DNA of 64,000 bases, taken from positions 124,001 through 188,000 of the forward strand of contig NW_026857573.1 in NCBI RefSeq assembly GCF_026571515.1, in the 5' to 3' direction. This DNA comes from Ruditapes philippinarum. Its lineage: Eukaryota. The notes beneath the pieces were generated by a model. It saw only the letters and a program-made list of their open reading frames with translations, ran no database searches and was not told the origin of the DNA. How positions within the stretch are numbered: the stretch's first letter is position 1; each line of letters opens with the position of its first letter. A program made the position numbers and the translations under genes. Below, one piece after another: positions 1-14,324 of the stretch.

Positions 1-33
1 ATTCCCACTGAGTAATGAAAAGTTCATCACCAT
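1..33 (-). CDS. 5' end (first 11 codons) of a third copy of the 5-HT4-like GPCR; runs off the left edge
   Basis: Bases 1-33 match 54886-54918 (ATG GTG ATG AAC TTT TCA TTA CTC AGT GGG AAT = MVMNFSLLSGN), and the upstream flank is also homologous. Confidence 0.85.
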   Translation of the reverse strand, partial: MVMNFSLLSGN

Positions 34-1702
34 ATTGAAATACTGTCAACAATATACACTATAAAACGGTAACTGTATTTCAAATGAAACTAAATTTATC
101 ACTTTACACATGATACTTCCTTTCTCCTCCCCACCTCTTTGTTGCAAAAATACATGACTGTTTATATCTGTAGAATAAATTTCAGAAATTAACTTGTCAA
201 CGTATATAACACCCTGGCTCTAAAGTCAATGGCTGTATGTATTCATCAGGAAACAACTACTGAGTTTACATGATCCAATATTAGATATACCCAGCATCCC
301 GCAAGATGAAAAATTTATACACATAAAAACCACTGGTTTAAATGGCATTCTATCAATTATTTGAAAAAAACCTATTTAGTCTTTATTAGTCTACCTTTGA
401 TTTTGATATTTATGACCGAATCGATTAATAAGCATGAATCAATGCAATTAAATTGAAAACAAGAGAAAATTTAAATTGCATATTGGCAATTTTGGTCGGA
501 ACACGTTTCGTAATGCGCATTTAATACAAAGGATTTTTTAATATCAAATTTATGGATTTAAACGGTATAACTAACTCTGTTCTATAGTTTGAACATTGCC
601 ACATCTTTCATTTGGAATTTTAACAATCGTAAAAGTTTAACACCTAGCCTAAAACGTACTTAAGGGCCGTTCATATACCCAAACAGAAAAACAGCCTGTG
701 ATCATGACAGAACCCCGTAACAGTCATTTATGGAAAACAAATTTATCTTTAAAAAGCATGAACTTTTTTTCCCCATTTTTTTATAAGACCGTTTTCAAAT
801 CCCGATTTCTAAATTTTTAGAACCCAAAAACAAAAGGGAAAAAATAAGATTTAAAATTTAAAAATGTAAAACCCTCTTTTATATCATTAAGATCCATTAA
901 AATTTATTCTTAAAATACGAGTAAAATTCTCATAAAGGCTATAAAAGGGGTTGAAAAATCTGTTGAAAGCAAACGCTAAACAAAAAGGCCCGAAAAACGA
1001 AAACAAAGCCATCCAATTAAAAGGATTTTTTTCACCAGTCTTTTAAGGGCAAAAAGACGAAAAAACAACCCAAAATTTTAAAACTGGTTGTTTTAGCGGG
1101 GACTAACGAAAAGGAAAAATTGAAAATTAAAAATTTGTCGGGGAAAAGCAAAAAGGTTTTTTAAAAGTCAGCTGTGTTTTTTAACCCTTTTTTCCCCCTT
1201 GCGTTTTATCAGGGCTTGCAAAAAAACAAGGGAAACATGACGTTTTACCGCTGTTCCCGTTCGTTTTTTCCTTTTTAAACAAATTTTGGTCTTGTTGCCT
1301 TCCCTTTAAATTTTGAACAAGTCCCCGCGATAAAAAAAAAAAAAAGGGAAATTTTTCCTCGTGCCAAAGTGATATAAATAAGTACGATAGTTTTTAAAAA
1401 CGTTTATTTTCCCCAGATTGCAGAATGGGGTTTTAATATTATAAAAATAATTTTTTTTACAAACCAAATTTTTTAAAATTTTAAGGGTCTGGGGGTTTTT
1501 TTGGGATCAAAGTTTAAAAAGGGAAATAAATTTACTAAAAGACCGTTCGGCCCGAAGCCTTTTTTGTCTGGGAAAAAAAAAAACCCCAAATTTTTTATTT
1601 TTTTATTTATTGGGAAAAGCTAAATATACTGCATGCGTATGTGTAAAGGGACTAGAGCTGCTGAAATCCGTTTATTTTGTAGTTTCCAAGATTTTATTTT
1701 AT

Positions 1703-3164
1703 AATAATAATAATTTTATTGAACAAAAGGCAAATGCCTGTGAGTACATATATACATACATATAATACAAGTTTGTTTTTTTTTTACAAAATAATCAGTG
1801 GCGGTCCAATTCTATATAAATCAGCATAAATGTATGAGATCGTAAAAAATATCAATCATCACTGCATGCAATCATTATCAGTTTGCAAACTATAAGAGGC
1901 GATTGGTGAAACAACAGTATCATAAATGCTTTTATATAAATCTTCTCAAATTTTCAAACAGTTATACACCTATTATAGTCAACGTCAATAAGATTTTGAA
2001 AAATACNNNNNNNNNNNNNNNNNNNNNNNNNNNNNNNNNNNNNNNNNNNNNNNNNNNNNNNNNNNNNNNNNNNNNNNNNNNNNNNNNNNNNNNNNNNNNN
2101 NNNNNNNNNNNNNNNNNNNNNNNNNNNNNNNNNNNNNNNNNTAATACATCAAAATAGAGTCTTCCACAAGAGAAAAATGTAAAAATATATTTTGTGGAGA
2201 AAAGTGACTCACATTTAATATAAAACTATGCTACGGCGTTCCATGGCTTTAAATAAGTATATGGCAAGATTTGTATTTATTTGTTTTTGGTCGCTGGAAA
2301 GAAGTTCAACAAACTTTGGAATATTCGGTCTTTTTTCGAAAATATTGTTTTATATATCTAATTCTTAAATCTTTATATAATTCGCATTCTAAAAGAAAAT
2401 GAAATTCGTCTTCTAGTGTGTTACATAAGATACATTTGCGTTCATTTCTTGGAATCGGATGCGGTTTATGCCATCTGCCGGTTTCTATATACAATCTGTG
2501 TGACGATAAACGAAATCTTGTTAAAGCAGCTCGGTATTTATTGATATTAATTTGTTCTATGTATTTCGAAAAACCGAAAGTAGCGAAAAGTTTATATGTG
2601 TCGGCCCTGGGTGAAGCTTCAACTTCAGACATCCAGGTTTGAATAAAATTATCTTCAAGTCTTCGCTTGATTTCTGCTATAAAAATGTTTTCATTTCCTA
2701 TTTCTTGAAATATCCATGCATAATTTAAGCCTAAATTTTCAAGAATTGTTCTTACAGATGTTGCCCAATTAGTAATTTCATTGTTTCGTTTCAATATCTT
2801 CAAGCATCAAATTGTATGTTTGTTTAATCAGTTTCACGTTTATCGCATTTAATTATCTTTAACCAGAATTTAAAACTTGTATTATTCTTTGTTGTTTTAA
2901 AGGCATTCTACCTAAATCGCCGTATACAAAATTAGTCTGGGTTTTGTAATTTTACCCCTAAAAATATTTTTCAAAAAATGTGTATGTATATTTTCTATTT
3001 TATCAGCTTTATTCATGCCCCATATTTCACATCCATAACATAAAATCGGTTTAATTAACTTGTCAAACAATTCAATTTTATGTTTTATATCTATATAAGT
3101 AAATTTCTGTAAGTATTGTTTCATTTTGAAAATAGCTTTTAATGCTTGACCTGACAATGCATCA
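1703..3164 (-). mobile_element. 5'-truncated non-LTR retrotransposon (LINE), C-terminal part of the RT ORF, frameshifted, containing an N gap
   Basis: Minus-strand ORFs carry LFDKLIKPILCYGCEIWG and RAALTRFRLSSHRLYIETGRW..RKCILC..EDEFHFLLEC, typical of LINE ORF2 C-termini. The 3' end is AATAAA plus a (TTA)n tail. An 8-bp TSD TATTTTAT lies at 1695-1702 and 3165-3172. The paralogous site at ~57440 is empty. Confidence 0.9.
2007..2141. other. Assembly gap (135 N)
   Basis: Run of N inside the LINE copy. Confidence 1.
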
Positions 3165-3970
3165 TATTTTATCGACCGCACTATTCAATGTATCTCTTGC
3201 ATGCTCGAGTGATATTATTATTAAATTTTGTAGTTAAAGATATACATATGTACCTGTATGAAGGAGTAAACTATGGTCTAAAAAAGATCGACATTGTTTT
3301 CATTTTTTATACATTTCACGGTATAACTATTAATCACTAATTACTTTTATATAAAAGTATATATCTTTACATATACATTGACATTCTATAGATATTTCTT
3401 GGTATATAGTATGTAACGGCTTGTCAGCCGGCCTTCTTGTATAAGGGCTAGTGATGTGCCGAATACAACCACGAGCGAGACATGACAAGTTATTTATAAC
3501 CCATTTAATGTGTGTGTGTGTGTGTGTAGCATCATTCTTCATTCTTTTAAATTCTTTGTAAGCAAACAACCAATTGAAACATTTACCAATCTCTGACCCG
3601 AAAACGCTTGCGACAAAAAGCATGCGTTAGTGTAAAATTAAGATTTAGTAGTGAATCCTATCAGAAAAGATGACCTACCAAATATGTCATAATGCATTTT
3701 CTTGTGTATTATAATGGTTATTATTATATTCATGCTACACGTTTTATATTCAATCATATAGGAGCAATATAATTAGAAATATTGACTACTTAAAATATCG
3801 ATTTCAATTTTTCTTTTGTCTATAACAATAGTCAATCAAGCAGCGAAAACATATATACAAGTAGGTAATTGAATATATCGTAGGCTTGTTAAATGTAAAG
3901 GATATTTCAAAACTACATGTATTAATGACGCTTTGAACATTTATTAATATGTAAGTATAAACGTGCAAAA

Positions 3971-6900
3971 ATGGCAACAATTAGCCGGAAAGGACCTAAA
4001 CGAACGGAATTTGAAATAATGGATACAACATTCAGTCCAACTGGAAAAGAAACACTTGAACCAAAAGAGAGTCAGTTAAATATTACGAGTAAAAATCACA
4101 ATGTGAGTAACGCAGACGAAGCTAATTCAGGGGATATTTCAATGAACATTAGAAATCCAACACCATCTAGCGAAACAATAACTCCTGAGCGGATCCGCCC
4201 AGTCGACTGTGATACTTGTCATTTAACTAAGGATATAGACACGGTAATGTTTTGCAGGAAATGCAAACAGAAGCTATGTGATTCATGTCTGGAAATTCAT
4301 AATCGCATTGGAGGGACCAGGACTCACTGTAAATCAATTGAAAAATGTGTAAGTAGATTGATTTCAACAACAATAAATAGAATGCACGTAGCAGCTATAT
4401 GAAATATTTAAAACAAAATGTTGCAACAAAAATCGTATTTTTCAAAAGCAAATATTTGTAAAACAGAACTCAGCTTTAAAATATATATTTTTAAGAAACA
4501 TTGCTTAAACCATCGGGGAACCTAGATTTTTTTCAGCGTAAAAATATAAAACTGGTTTTATGTAACACATCTGTTTGAAGGAAAAATCATGTAAATTTGC
4601 CAATAGAGATAGAGAGAAGAGTAAAGCTAATGATCATACTATGATATTCGTTATTTGAAAAAGTTTCATTTTATTTTTATTTATTTATTTATTTATTTAT
4701 TCAGTGGCCAGAGGGAGAAATTCTTAACAAGTCGGTTATAACTAGACTTATGAAAGAGCGAGAAGTAGATATAGAACAGTTATCTACAGACCTATCCAAC
4801 GAGCTTGGTTTGCATGTGAGTCTCTTATATGAAACAGATGATCTTGAAATACGGGCACCGTCTGGCGACATTCTTGAACTGGCTATTGACACAATATGCG
4901 CGGGTAAAAAACCTGCCTCGAAAAGAGTCAGTTATGGTTTGATAGAGTGGACGCTAGAAGGTTTTTATGCACATGCTATAACAAAACTACTTAAAAGGCA
5001 ACTTGAAACTTTGATTGACACATATGACTTGAGCGTCTTGAAAAAACATAATTCTGAAACAGCAGTGCAGCCAGTACATCTCTCGAGAAGAAGTGACAAG
5101 TCTAATTTTGATAAAAATACAGCTTCCGAAGTAGAACCGCATTTTGGTTTCAACGGAAACATAGAATTAACTATAGCATCAAGTTTTGACAACTATTATG
5201 CCGTTAATTGTGAAATCGAGGGATTTAAAGACGAGGTGGAAACCCTTAGAAAAGCTGAAGTATTTCGACCGAAACATGATGAATTCCGAATGAAGCTGTA
5301 TGTACTAATGAAAGAAAATAATGATGACGTATTATGTCACATGGAAAAGACAGACAGCGTTTTTAAGCTTGTAATACAAGGGACTGACGACAAAACTGTG
5401 AACAACGTGAAACAGGAATTCCTCAGTTTGTTCTGTAAAGGTAAACTTTATATAACAATATTACAACTTTGTTTTAAAGAAATATGACGAATTTCCGGAT
5501 ATTTACAACATAGCAGAAAATAAAAACACAGTAATGTCCGAACAACCGATTGGTAAAAGTCTTAAACTGTGAGCAAAAGCCGCTTTACAGATAAAAATTT
5601 GATTACCAATTTGATTTTATTCTTGATTATATTCTTTCCTCTTGTGGCTGAGGGGTTGCCTTTACAGATTTAGGCATCAGAATAGCAGCCACCGTTCATA
5701 CATGCGTGATCGTAAGGGGAGACTAAATGGGTTCGAATATTGGAGTCTATGTACCTCTTATCTCAAGCAGGTGAGGTGTTTTTGACCTCTGGTGTTGCTT
5801 AAAGTTTGTAACACCCGAGATTAGCCGAAATCATCAAATTCCTATTTCGGCGCCATATGACCTAAACTGTTACAAAAGTAAGTGATTAAGTAAGGATATT
5901 CTCCTGTATGAGGAAGCTGTTGAAATATTTATACAAATATGTTTGTACTAAACACCATGTTGCCCACCTAACAGTTACATTTTTTCCTGGTCAGTGCAAC
6001 AAATCACGTTCATTATCATATCAACTAAGCCGCAATGAAATTGAACGATATTTCTGTACATTATATCATTTGGGAAAGTCAGCTGCATCCAATATATCGA
6101 TTGAACTAATACTAATGATTGTTGATTAAGTGACAATTTCATACTACCATATAATATCGCATTTATTATTCATAACTCCATAACCAGATGTAGCGCAAAA
6201 CATTTTAGCTTAATAATGCAAATTCAATCGATGATTACCATGCAATCTATGTGATGTAGTACATAATATCATGCAATTATTAACAGCATTTTAACGCTTC
6301 ATTTAGAATGTTCATCGTGTAAAAGAGATTCAACACGACCAATCTTTCTAGAATGTAAGCATGTACTATGTCAACATTGCGTAACAAAATCAGCTTCACG
6401 AAATGACGGATTACGATGCCCAATATGTTCAGACACAACCAGGGAGAAAACGCCGGTAACTTCGTTAAAACTACGGTGTATGCAAGTTATAGATAGTCAT
6501 CTGATGGAAAATACACAAACCAGCACTAGTAGACCATTTGGTATTGTCAGAAAACAGGTATTTTTAGTAATCTTTGGTAAAATAATGAATAATGTAAGTT
6601 TGATCTTCCTACTATGTTAACAAATCATAAATTTCTTAATGACTTGACGATTTTAAGTTCAGCGTCTAAAGTTCTACCAGTTACCCGATTATTGTCATGT
6701 AGTAACACATTAATACACTTGAATCGTTTGCAAAACGGTGAAATGCAAATACCAGGCTTTATTCAATCGTTTGGCCACCATTGTCTGTATAAAAAAGTTT
6801 CTATCTCTAACTGAACTGCCTCCTTGAAAGCTGTTTAAAGAACTTCATCTTAATCTTGTTATATTTTTCTGGCACCTTTTGTTTTTTTCTATGGACAGGC

Positions 6901-7934
6901 CGGTCCAATCAAACTGTGTTTGCCATAATCACCTGTGTATTTCTGTTTTCATTCAAAACGAAAAATATCATTTCCCATAATGTTTGTTAATATAGGTTAA
7001 AATTGTGCAATCAACCAGCATTAGAAAAGAAAATTTAATTATTACATGCAAGCAAAGTTTCGCACTATTCCATATGCAGTTGCAATTGATAAGATTTGCG
7101 ATATTTAGGAAAAATCGGATTTGAATATGATGTTTGACCATCCGTTCTATCACTGGTTTGTTAACAGTATCATTTTCCATACTTTGTTATTTTGATCACA
7201 AATTTTGCAATATCAAAATCAAGTTCATATTAAATAGCAATATAAATATAAAACAGATACATTATTTTTTTCAGAGCTCTCTCAGAATAACTCATGTATC
7301 GGTGAAGATTCCAAAGTACCTGCTACAGAAATGGAAGAAACTGACTGGAGGGAAATCTCGCCTGAAGAGCGTGATCGAAAACACATATGGATTAAAAGTA
7401 GCTGGCGTAGATGATAACATGAAGATATACGGTCAACAGCAAGAAATTCTCGATTTGGCTGTACAAAGCCTTGAGAAACTGAACGAGAAGACGCCCGACA
7501 TTGGAATTACACAAAGACTCGTTGAGAAAAATGTGGAATGGAGACTTAGAGGAGAACATGCAAGAATTGCTTACTTTTTATTCAACAAAGAGTTGTATGA
7601 TTTAAGGAGGAAGTTTAATACAGTAACAATACGTGCGTTCACCGAGTCAGAACCGATGATCGTTGACGTCAGGTGTGGATATGAGGAATTTCTAAAAGTC
7701 AAGTATGAAATGGAAGAGCTGGAAAATGATATAAAGAATCTTCACACTGACGAATGTGTACAACCAAAGAATTTTTACCATAATGTTAAGATAAAAGAGT
7801 ACTTGAACAGTAAACGTAGAGATGAACAGGTTCATTGCAATCTAGTTGACAAGAATAACGTGAATGCAGTCGTATTCCGTGGACGGAAAAAAGAATTTAT
7901 CGTAGCTGCAAAGGAGCAGCTAATGAAGTGGTGA
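3971..7934 (+). CDS. 4-exon gene, 674 aa: B-box zinc finger, KH-like region, C3HC4 RING, KH-like repeats (putative E3 ubiquitin ligase)
   Basis: Exons 3971-4348, 4705-5440, 6307-6557 and 7275-7934 are all GT-AG with phases 0/1/0 and give an open frame of 2025 nt. B-box: CDTC..FCRKCKQKLCDSCLEIH..H. RING: CSSC-x11-CKHVLCQHC-x12-CPIC. KH-like: IPKYLL..GGKSRLKSVIENTYGLKV..KIYG..LAVQSL. Confidence 0.85.
5690..5872 (+). mobile_element. SINE-like remnant in intron 2 (second copy ~60020-60220)
   Basis: Ends in cgccatatgacctaaactgt(gttggtgcgccgtaacaacaaacaaa), resembling the reverse complement of the SINE 3' end at ~47290. Confidence 0.4.
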
Positions 7935-8215
7935 CAACCCCGTACAATAAAAGAAAGAAAAAACATGCAAAAAATGCATCTGTGGACCTCAAATAAGTCA
8001 CAATTGGGCTATTTTTACATTTCCTGATAAACATTGAATACATAAGTATTAATCATTTACCGTTCTTTGTCTGAGTTTGCCCTTAAATGTATACAGTTCT
8101 TGGCAAATGTTAGTGTGAAAATGTTTTCATCTATATATTATAACATGGTAAGAAAAACACCTTCGTGTGATATTCACCAGTTTTATTGAAATTATAACCA
8201 TTCCCAAAAACAAAC

Positions 8216-11200
8216 TCAAATAATTTTTGTGGTAATGGTTCCGATATGTTCAATAGCAACTTCGACAACATCCCCAATCTGGAAATAAAATATGAAAAAG
8301 TGAATGATTCCAAAACGTGTACACTGCTATAATATACATATTAGCTTAAAGACCACTTAGCGGCGAGTCGAAAGCCTGGAAGTTTCTCAAAATTAGAATT
8401 TGTGAATTTTTTTTTCAACACAGTTAAAATGGCAAATCGGTTCAGACATACCTTGAGCGATTCTGGTGGTGTTCTGCAATAACCAACACCTGGTGGGGAG
8501 CCAGTTAAAATCAAATCTCCCGGTTTCAGCGTTATAAACCTGAAAAGATAACCATATTCTTTGTATCAATATTAATCGATTTTATTTAAAAATACTTTTA
8601 AATGATGGCTCTGGATCGCTCATCTTTGATTCATTGTTAGAAATGGTCATTATTCATCAAAGCAGACGTAGGCAATTGGGTCATTTTTTTGTCAATAAAA
8701 CTTTTATGGAGGTATGCCAGGGAATGCAACATGTCAATTTTCTAAGCATTTTGTATTGTGTTATCTGAATATCAGATGTTTACTTATTCCCCTGTAATAG
8801 AATGTAAGTGATCTAGAGGCAGGCGATTTTTGAATCTAAAGGCATGAGTTTTTTATCATATTTTGTAAAGGTCTACTTGGAGATATCAAATGTCGAATAT
8901 GTAAACTCTTGAAATTGTAGTTCCACAGCAGAAGACCTAAATCTGTTTCTATATATTAAGCCCATTAACAAAGTAACCACTTACTATAAGATAGGACCAG
9001 TTTTGTCCAAGTGTATGATTTATATAACATTTGTAAAGAAATATATAACACTTATACGTGCCAAATATTATATATGCTTTAGACATTATAGTTTTAGAGC
9101 AGAAGATTTTTCAGACGCATTTATTGTATAAGATTTTGCGTTCTGTGAACGTCGTCTTGCCTTGTTGATTTTATTTTTTATAAACAAGGTGGCCCCAAAG
9201 AAAGGCCCCTTTTGACTTTAAATGAACTTACAGGAACACGAATTATGTTACATTTTGTAGAGGTCTACTGGGGACATAATATGTCAAATTATTAAGCTCT
9301 GTGCAGTGTAGTTTTATAGAAAAAGACATAAAAGCGTTTTCTCTATATATGTCGATATAAACTAAGTGACCTCCAAGTCGCGGCTATTTTGACCCCAGTG
9401 GCATAATTAATATCACTTTTGTCGAGAACCTGAAATTCATATTGTAGTTCCGAAGAAAAGGTTTTCCAGGATTATTTTACTACACATATGCATGTATGAT
9501 CCTAAGTATAATATATGGCCTCCAGGGCAGGGTCTTTATTAGACAAAGACATTATTGACATAACATTTTAAAGGTCAACTAGGCAATGCAATATACATAT
9601 GCACCAAATATATAAGCTGTGTGCCTTGTAGTTTCACACGAGATGGCTTAAATCATTTTCCTATAGTAGTCCATCTAAACTAAGGGGTCGATTCTTTTAT
9701 CCTTGAGACATGATTTATGTAACTGTTATATAGCACCACAGGTGATGATAAATGCTAAGAGCATCATAGTTACTGAGGCAATTTTAATGAATTTGTTTAT
9801 AATGTTTATTCGTAGCTCCTTAAACTTTCTAGTCTATGAGACTCAAACCAATTGTATAACTTTTGTAGAGGATCACTCAAAGGTCATTCTAGTGAAGTTT
9901 AGTCAAAATCAACCACATTATTTAAGAGAATAAAATATTATGTGGGTAACGACAGACAACAGACAACAACCAAAGTGCTAGAACAAAAAAAACTCACCTT
10001 TGAGCTCTTAGTACAAAATGATTTTTTGTAAGCCTTAAAAAGATCGCATGAAGTTTTTCATCGTTTAAAAACAGAATTTCTTTTTAAATATGATAAATAA
10101 AATCTTACCTAGAAATATAAGCAATGATTTGTTCAGTTTTATGTATAAGTTGGTTCGTATTGCTGTCTTGTTTGAGGTTCCCATTAACCTTACAGGAGAT
10201 CCGGAGATTGTGAGGATCTGCAACAATGTAAAAAACACTTTTTTTCACATGATTCTAGTACAAACTTTATTCAGTTGAAATTTATAATTACGGAAATATT
10301 ACAATATCCTCAAAGCACTGTGTAGATAGTTTGAAGAAGCAAAATGCAAAAAAAAAAAACCCCAACTTTTTAACACATACAAACGGATGATATAGTAACG
10401 ACAAATTTTAATATATTTAACTTCTTGCTAATCAATTCAACATACCATTAATTTCGTCTTTTGTAAGTATTGATGGTCCAAGAGGGCAAAACTGGTCTCT
10501 TGCTTTTCCAAGAACCGCCTGTCCGCCATTTTTCTTCATCCAGTCACGTGCAGTGACGTCATTTGCAACGGTAAAGCCAAATACATATTCCATAGCGTCT
10601 TTTACCTAAAGGAATATACTTCAGTGCTTATTGTAGTAATGACGTTTACGGATATCCTTAAAGACACTATCTATGTGATTTTCTAATTAAGAAAAGCATA
10701 TATCTTGTTAAGGATGCATTCGATCTTTGTGTTAAAGCTGAAAAAAATACCAATCCCGATTTTTTTACTTAATTTTTTAGATGTTTTTCAAAGTCGAATG
10801 AAACTTTGAAGAGAAAGTATTAATGGTCTCGTTTTCCCGTGAGAAATAAGAACACAGAATATAATTAATGTAGCTTTTTGATATAGAGTATAGAGAATAA
10901 ACTAACAACATTAAAATGTCACCCAAGTCACATATAAAAGTTAAAAAAAATCATTTGAGACGCTGAGATGTATGGTTTCTGGGGAGAAATTTTATTAGAG
11001 CTACAGTACAATGTACATACTATCATTAAGTACAAAAGATAACATTAGAAAGTTTATACATAATCATATGCTTTCCACACTGTCTCAGAATTTCATTTTA
11101 GCGTATATCTTAAGAAAAGGCTCTTTGTAAATATTTTGTATCTTAGAAACTCAAAAAGAACCTGGATATATTTTGCCGTTTTGCCAATTACTATTGCAAG

Positions 11201-13185
11201 TTCCGCTTCCCAGTCAAGAGCCTGAAAAGTACAGTGACGTCATAATTATAAAAGTACTAGATACGTTGAAATTCGTCTTTTTCAGTTTTAAAGAGTCATC
11301 AAAATGTTAAGAATGTTTGAATTTGTTGTATTTATAGACAATGTGTTTTGTTGGTTTATAAGTCAAATTCTGCTTAAATATGAAAAAGCATGATCAACAA
11401 GGAATGGCGGAAATCATTGAACGCTTCTCCCAACACAGGACTACCAGCAAGGAGCCCAGCACGACACCAAACAGGACAGGGCACACGGGCAAACCCGCAA
11501 GGTCGTATGGTGATTATCAAGCTTAACTAGTGGCGGGAAATATTTCAGTCACTACGAGTTGCACCTGTGTAGAACCTCATCTTCGGTTACCTCCTTAGTT
11601 GTTTCAAATGTGAAATGGTAGAGAAAACCAAAAGCCTTATAAATAATGACATTATATTTTAATGATATTTGAAAGCAAACCTCTGTGTATCCAGGGTATT
11701 TCAAAGAATCGTCTGGCCCAATGACACAGCTTGGGAACTTGTTGAACACCACAGGTTCTCTTGGAATAGGAAAATTTAGTTCCTTACAATGGTCTCTATA
11801 GTTCATGCCAATACACAAGACCTTCTCACAAGAAGTAATTGGGGCAAGCAACCTTATCCTATCCCTTATTACCAAGCAGTCTGTTCTGTTTGAAGCACTG
11901 AAATAATATTTTTTAATTTTATATGATGCATGTTATAATATTCTTATCTAAATCGAACTTTAAGAAGACCTGAAATACCGGTTACTATTGAATAAAATAA
12001 TTTTAAAATTACACAACTACAAATGTGTTAACATTTATCTATAAAAAAGGAATGCCTCACATTGACAGTTCCATGATTTGTGTTGCTTTCAATTGATATT
12101 ATATTTTTGTTATTACTTTGTCCGGTTATCATACATAATATTGAATAATATTTCAATAGCCTTACGACATGTTGCTTGCTTTTTAAATTTGTCTTTTGAC
12201 ATCTGTCAGTGAAACGCAGGCTTCAATCCCTAAGACCCCCTTTCAAACTTCCATCTTATTTTATTTTCTTGTTTCAGACACACTCATATTTTACTTGGGT
12301 CCATACGCCGTTTTTCGTGGAATAACACCACAAAGTGTCACATTGTAGGTTCCATGAACTGCTGCATAAAGAACATCTGTTGATGCTTCTAAATTCAAAA
12401 TTTACCCATTTACATGTTTACTCACTGATTAAGCCTGTGTTAATAGGTGGGGTCGGTAGTTTGCACATTACGTCTACCGTCCATGAACAAGTTAAACTGT
12501 ACCTGCAACATTTTATTTTTTTCCGCTTTGGGTACCCGTTTTTAATTTTGTTTTTTCTTTAGAAGAGATTTTAAGCTTAATTAGTTTTATCAATACACTT
12601 TAAAACATTAATTCGAACGTATTTTAAATTTTCATACGAGTAAAAGCATACGCAGATCTGATGACCTACTAAAATTTATCATGTGAATCGACTTAAGATT
12701 AAACCAGTATTTTTTTTGTATTCTCAAATGGATAAATAGACACGATCCTATCCTTATAAAAAATATCTGGAAAAAGTGGTCCCTTGGACGCATTAAAATC
12801 AGCAAAATTACATGAGAGTTGCAGACTCGGTTTCATTGAGTCTGTATTTGAGGACTTATGAAATAGTGCAGCATCCGTCACGCCCCCTAGAACCGGCTTG
12901 AGCGGTACTCAATTTTCAACACTTAAAATGCTGGCATCAATGATCCCGAAGAATTCTATGCTCGGAGAAAGATTTTACTAGTTAGTTTATCAAACTTATT
13001 TGTATTTATGTATTATAACTTGACCTTGGTGTCCGCTCTAAAACGTCTGCACCACCTTCTATAAATATCCTCATATCACGTGGTATCGATGAATCTGTTG
13101 CGTTTAAATTGAAAATATCCCCTGATTTTTCAAGTTCCAATCCAAGAAATTGTTCTCCATCTTGTAAAAACTGCACTAGTCGCAT
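8216..13185 (-). CDS. FAHD2: Fumarylacetoacetate hydrolase domain-containing protein 2-like, 7 exons, 285 aa, intact
   Basis: Exons 13185-13025, 11897-11681, 11221-11162, 10605-10446, 10217-10109, 8539-8452 and 8278-8216 are all GT-AG and in phase. Motifs: [66 protein letters not shown]. Confidence 0.92.
8600..10010 (+). mobile_element. Degenerate non-autonomous Helentron-associated/MITE-like element with an internal tandem array, in the FAHD2 intron
   Basis: Starts atggctctggatcgctca. Recurring ~170-190 bp units (ttttgacccc..ggcataatt..tttgtagagg..ttgtagttt). Ends with (GACA/GACAAC) repeats and ctcacctttgagc, a layout typical of bivalve HINE-type elements. Confidence 0.5.
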
Positions 13186-14324
13186 TTTTATTGACGCTTA
13201 TCTATATACTACTATTAAAACAACTCAATTGTGAATTTACATAATCTATTTAACATTGAGATAAGAGATCTAACACTAGCGTGAATAATAAACAGCAAAT
13301 AAGGACTATAGTGGCCGACTTTTGTAATTTATGGTTTTCGTTTGACCAACAAGGAGAAAGCATCAATCGGATGGAAAAAAACTCAGCACATGAAAGGCGT
13401 TGTAATCGCTATGATTTTTCGTGTCTTCGAAATTAAGCGTTTGTAAGCCGAAACACATATATTGCGTTTCGACTTTTCGATTTTTAGGCAAGAGTTACGA
13501 AACAATTAAATGCAATTGGTCGTATAAGCCAACGTGATGTGAAACAGTTGATTGGTGAATAATACTTACACCAAAATTAAATGAGGGTCCATAATTCTGA
13601 CAAATTGAATGTAAAATATCAGTATTTAATTTGCTTACATATAATTGTATACGATTCCCGGTAAGTTGGATATTGTATTTTCACAGTGTGTTGGATGATT
13701 ATGATTTAGGCGTTGTCTCCTTTTGCCACCAATTTACCATTAAGCAGAAAATAACAATAATGTATTCTGCATTATGAATACGGTTTGTAATATTTTGCCT
13801 ATGTAATATACTTATCAAAAGCATTTATTCCCAATTCAGAATAATTAAAAAATCCAACATCGTCTTGTCTGGACAACATGTCATCCGATGGGGAAAATCC
13901 AGTGTTTGTATATTGCTCTCCTTATTCTCTTTTGTCATGGTAGATTTATCGTTTAATAATGATTGGAATATATGTAATACATTTAATTGATGAATTAATG
14001 CTGTGTTAAAAAGAGATTGACCTGATGCAGGTTTCCCATTGTTTTATGTCTCGACATGAGCGATAAAACTTTGACGAATTAATTAAACGATTTTCTACAG
14101 GTGTTAATCAACAATACAATAAAACAGTGCCTGCATCATAATTAATTTTGCCGTACTAGAAGACTTCCAAAGTTAGTTTCATGAAGTCGTGACTCCATAA
14201 ACAGAATAATTTGTAGTGTTAAAAAGTTATATTGTTGACATCGATGGGTAAAAATGATTAACTCTTCTTGACATCTGTTCATAACTTTGTATCCCTATGG
14301 TTCTCATTTTGTTTGTTTCTAAAT

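Larger units (their letters stand above)
1..9023 (+). repeat. Segmental duplication, copy 1 (partner 54886-63308)
   Basis: Colinear high identity across the GPCR 5' end, the B-box/RING gene exons and introns, and the FAHD2 3' exons. Alignment ends at ...gtgtatgatttat. Confidence 0.95.

Noticed and set aside
480-1620. Striking runs of A/T/G/C homopolymers (also ~55500-56000 and ~57540-57980)
   Set aside because: Comparison with the paralogous copy shows the same sequence with inflated homopolymers. This is uncorrected long-read error, not biology.
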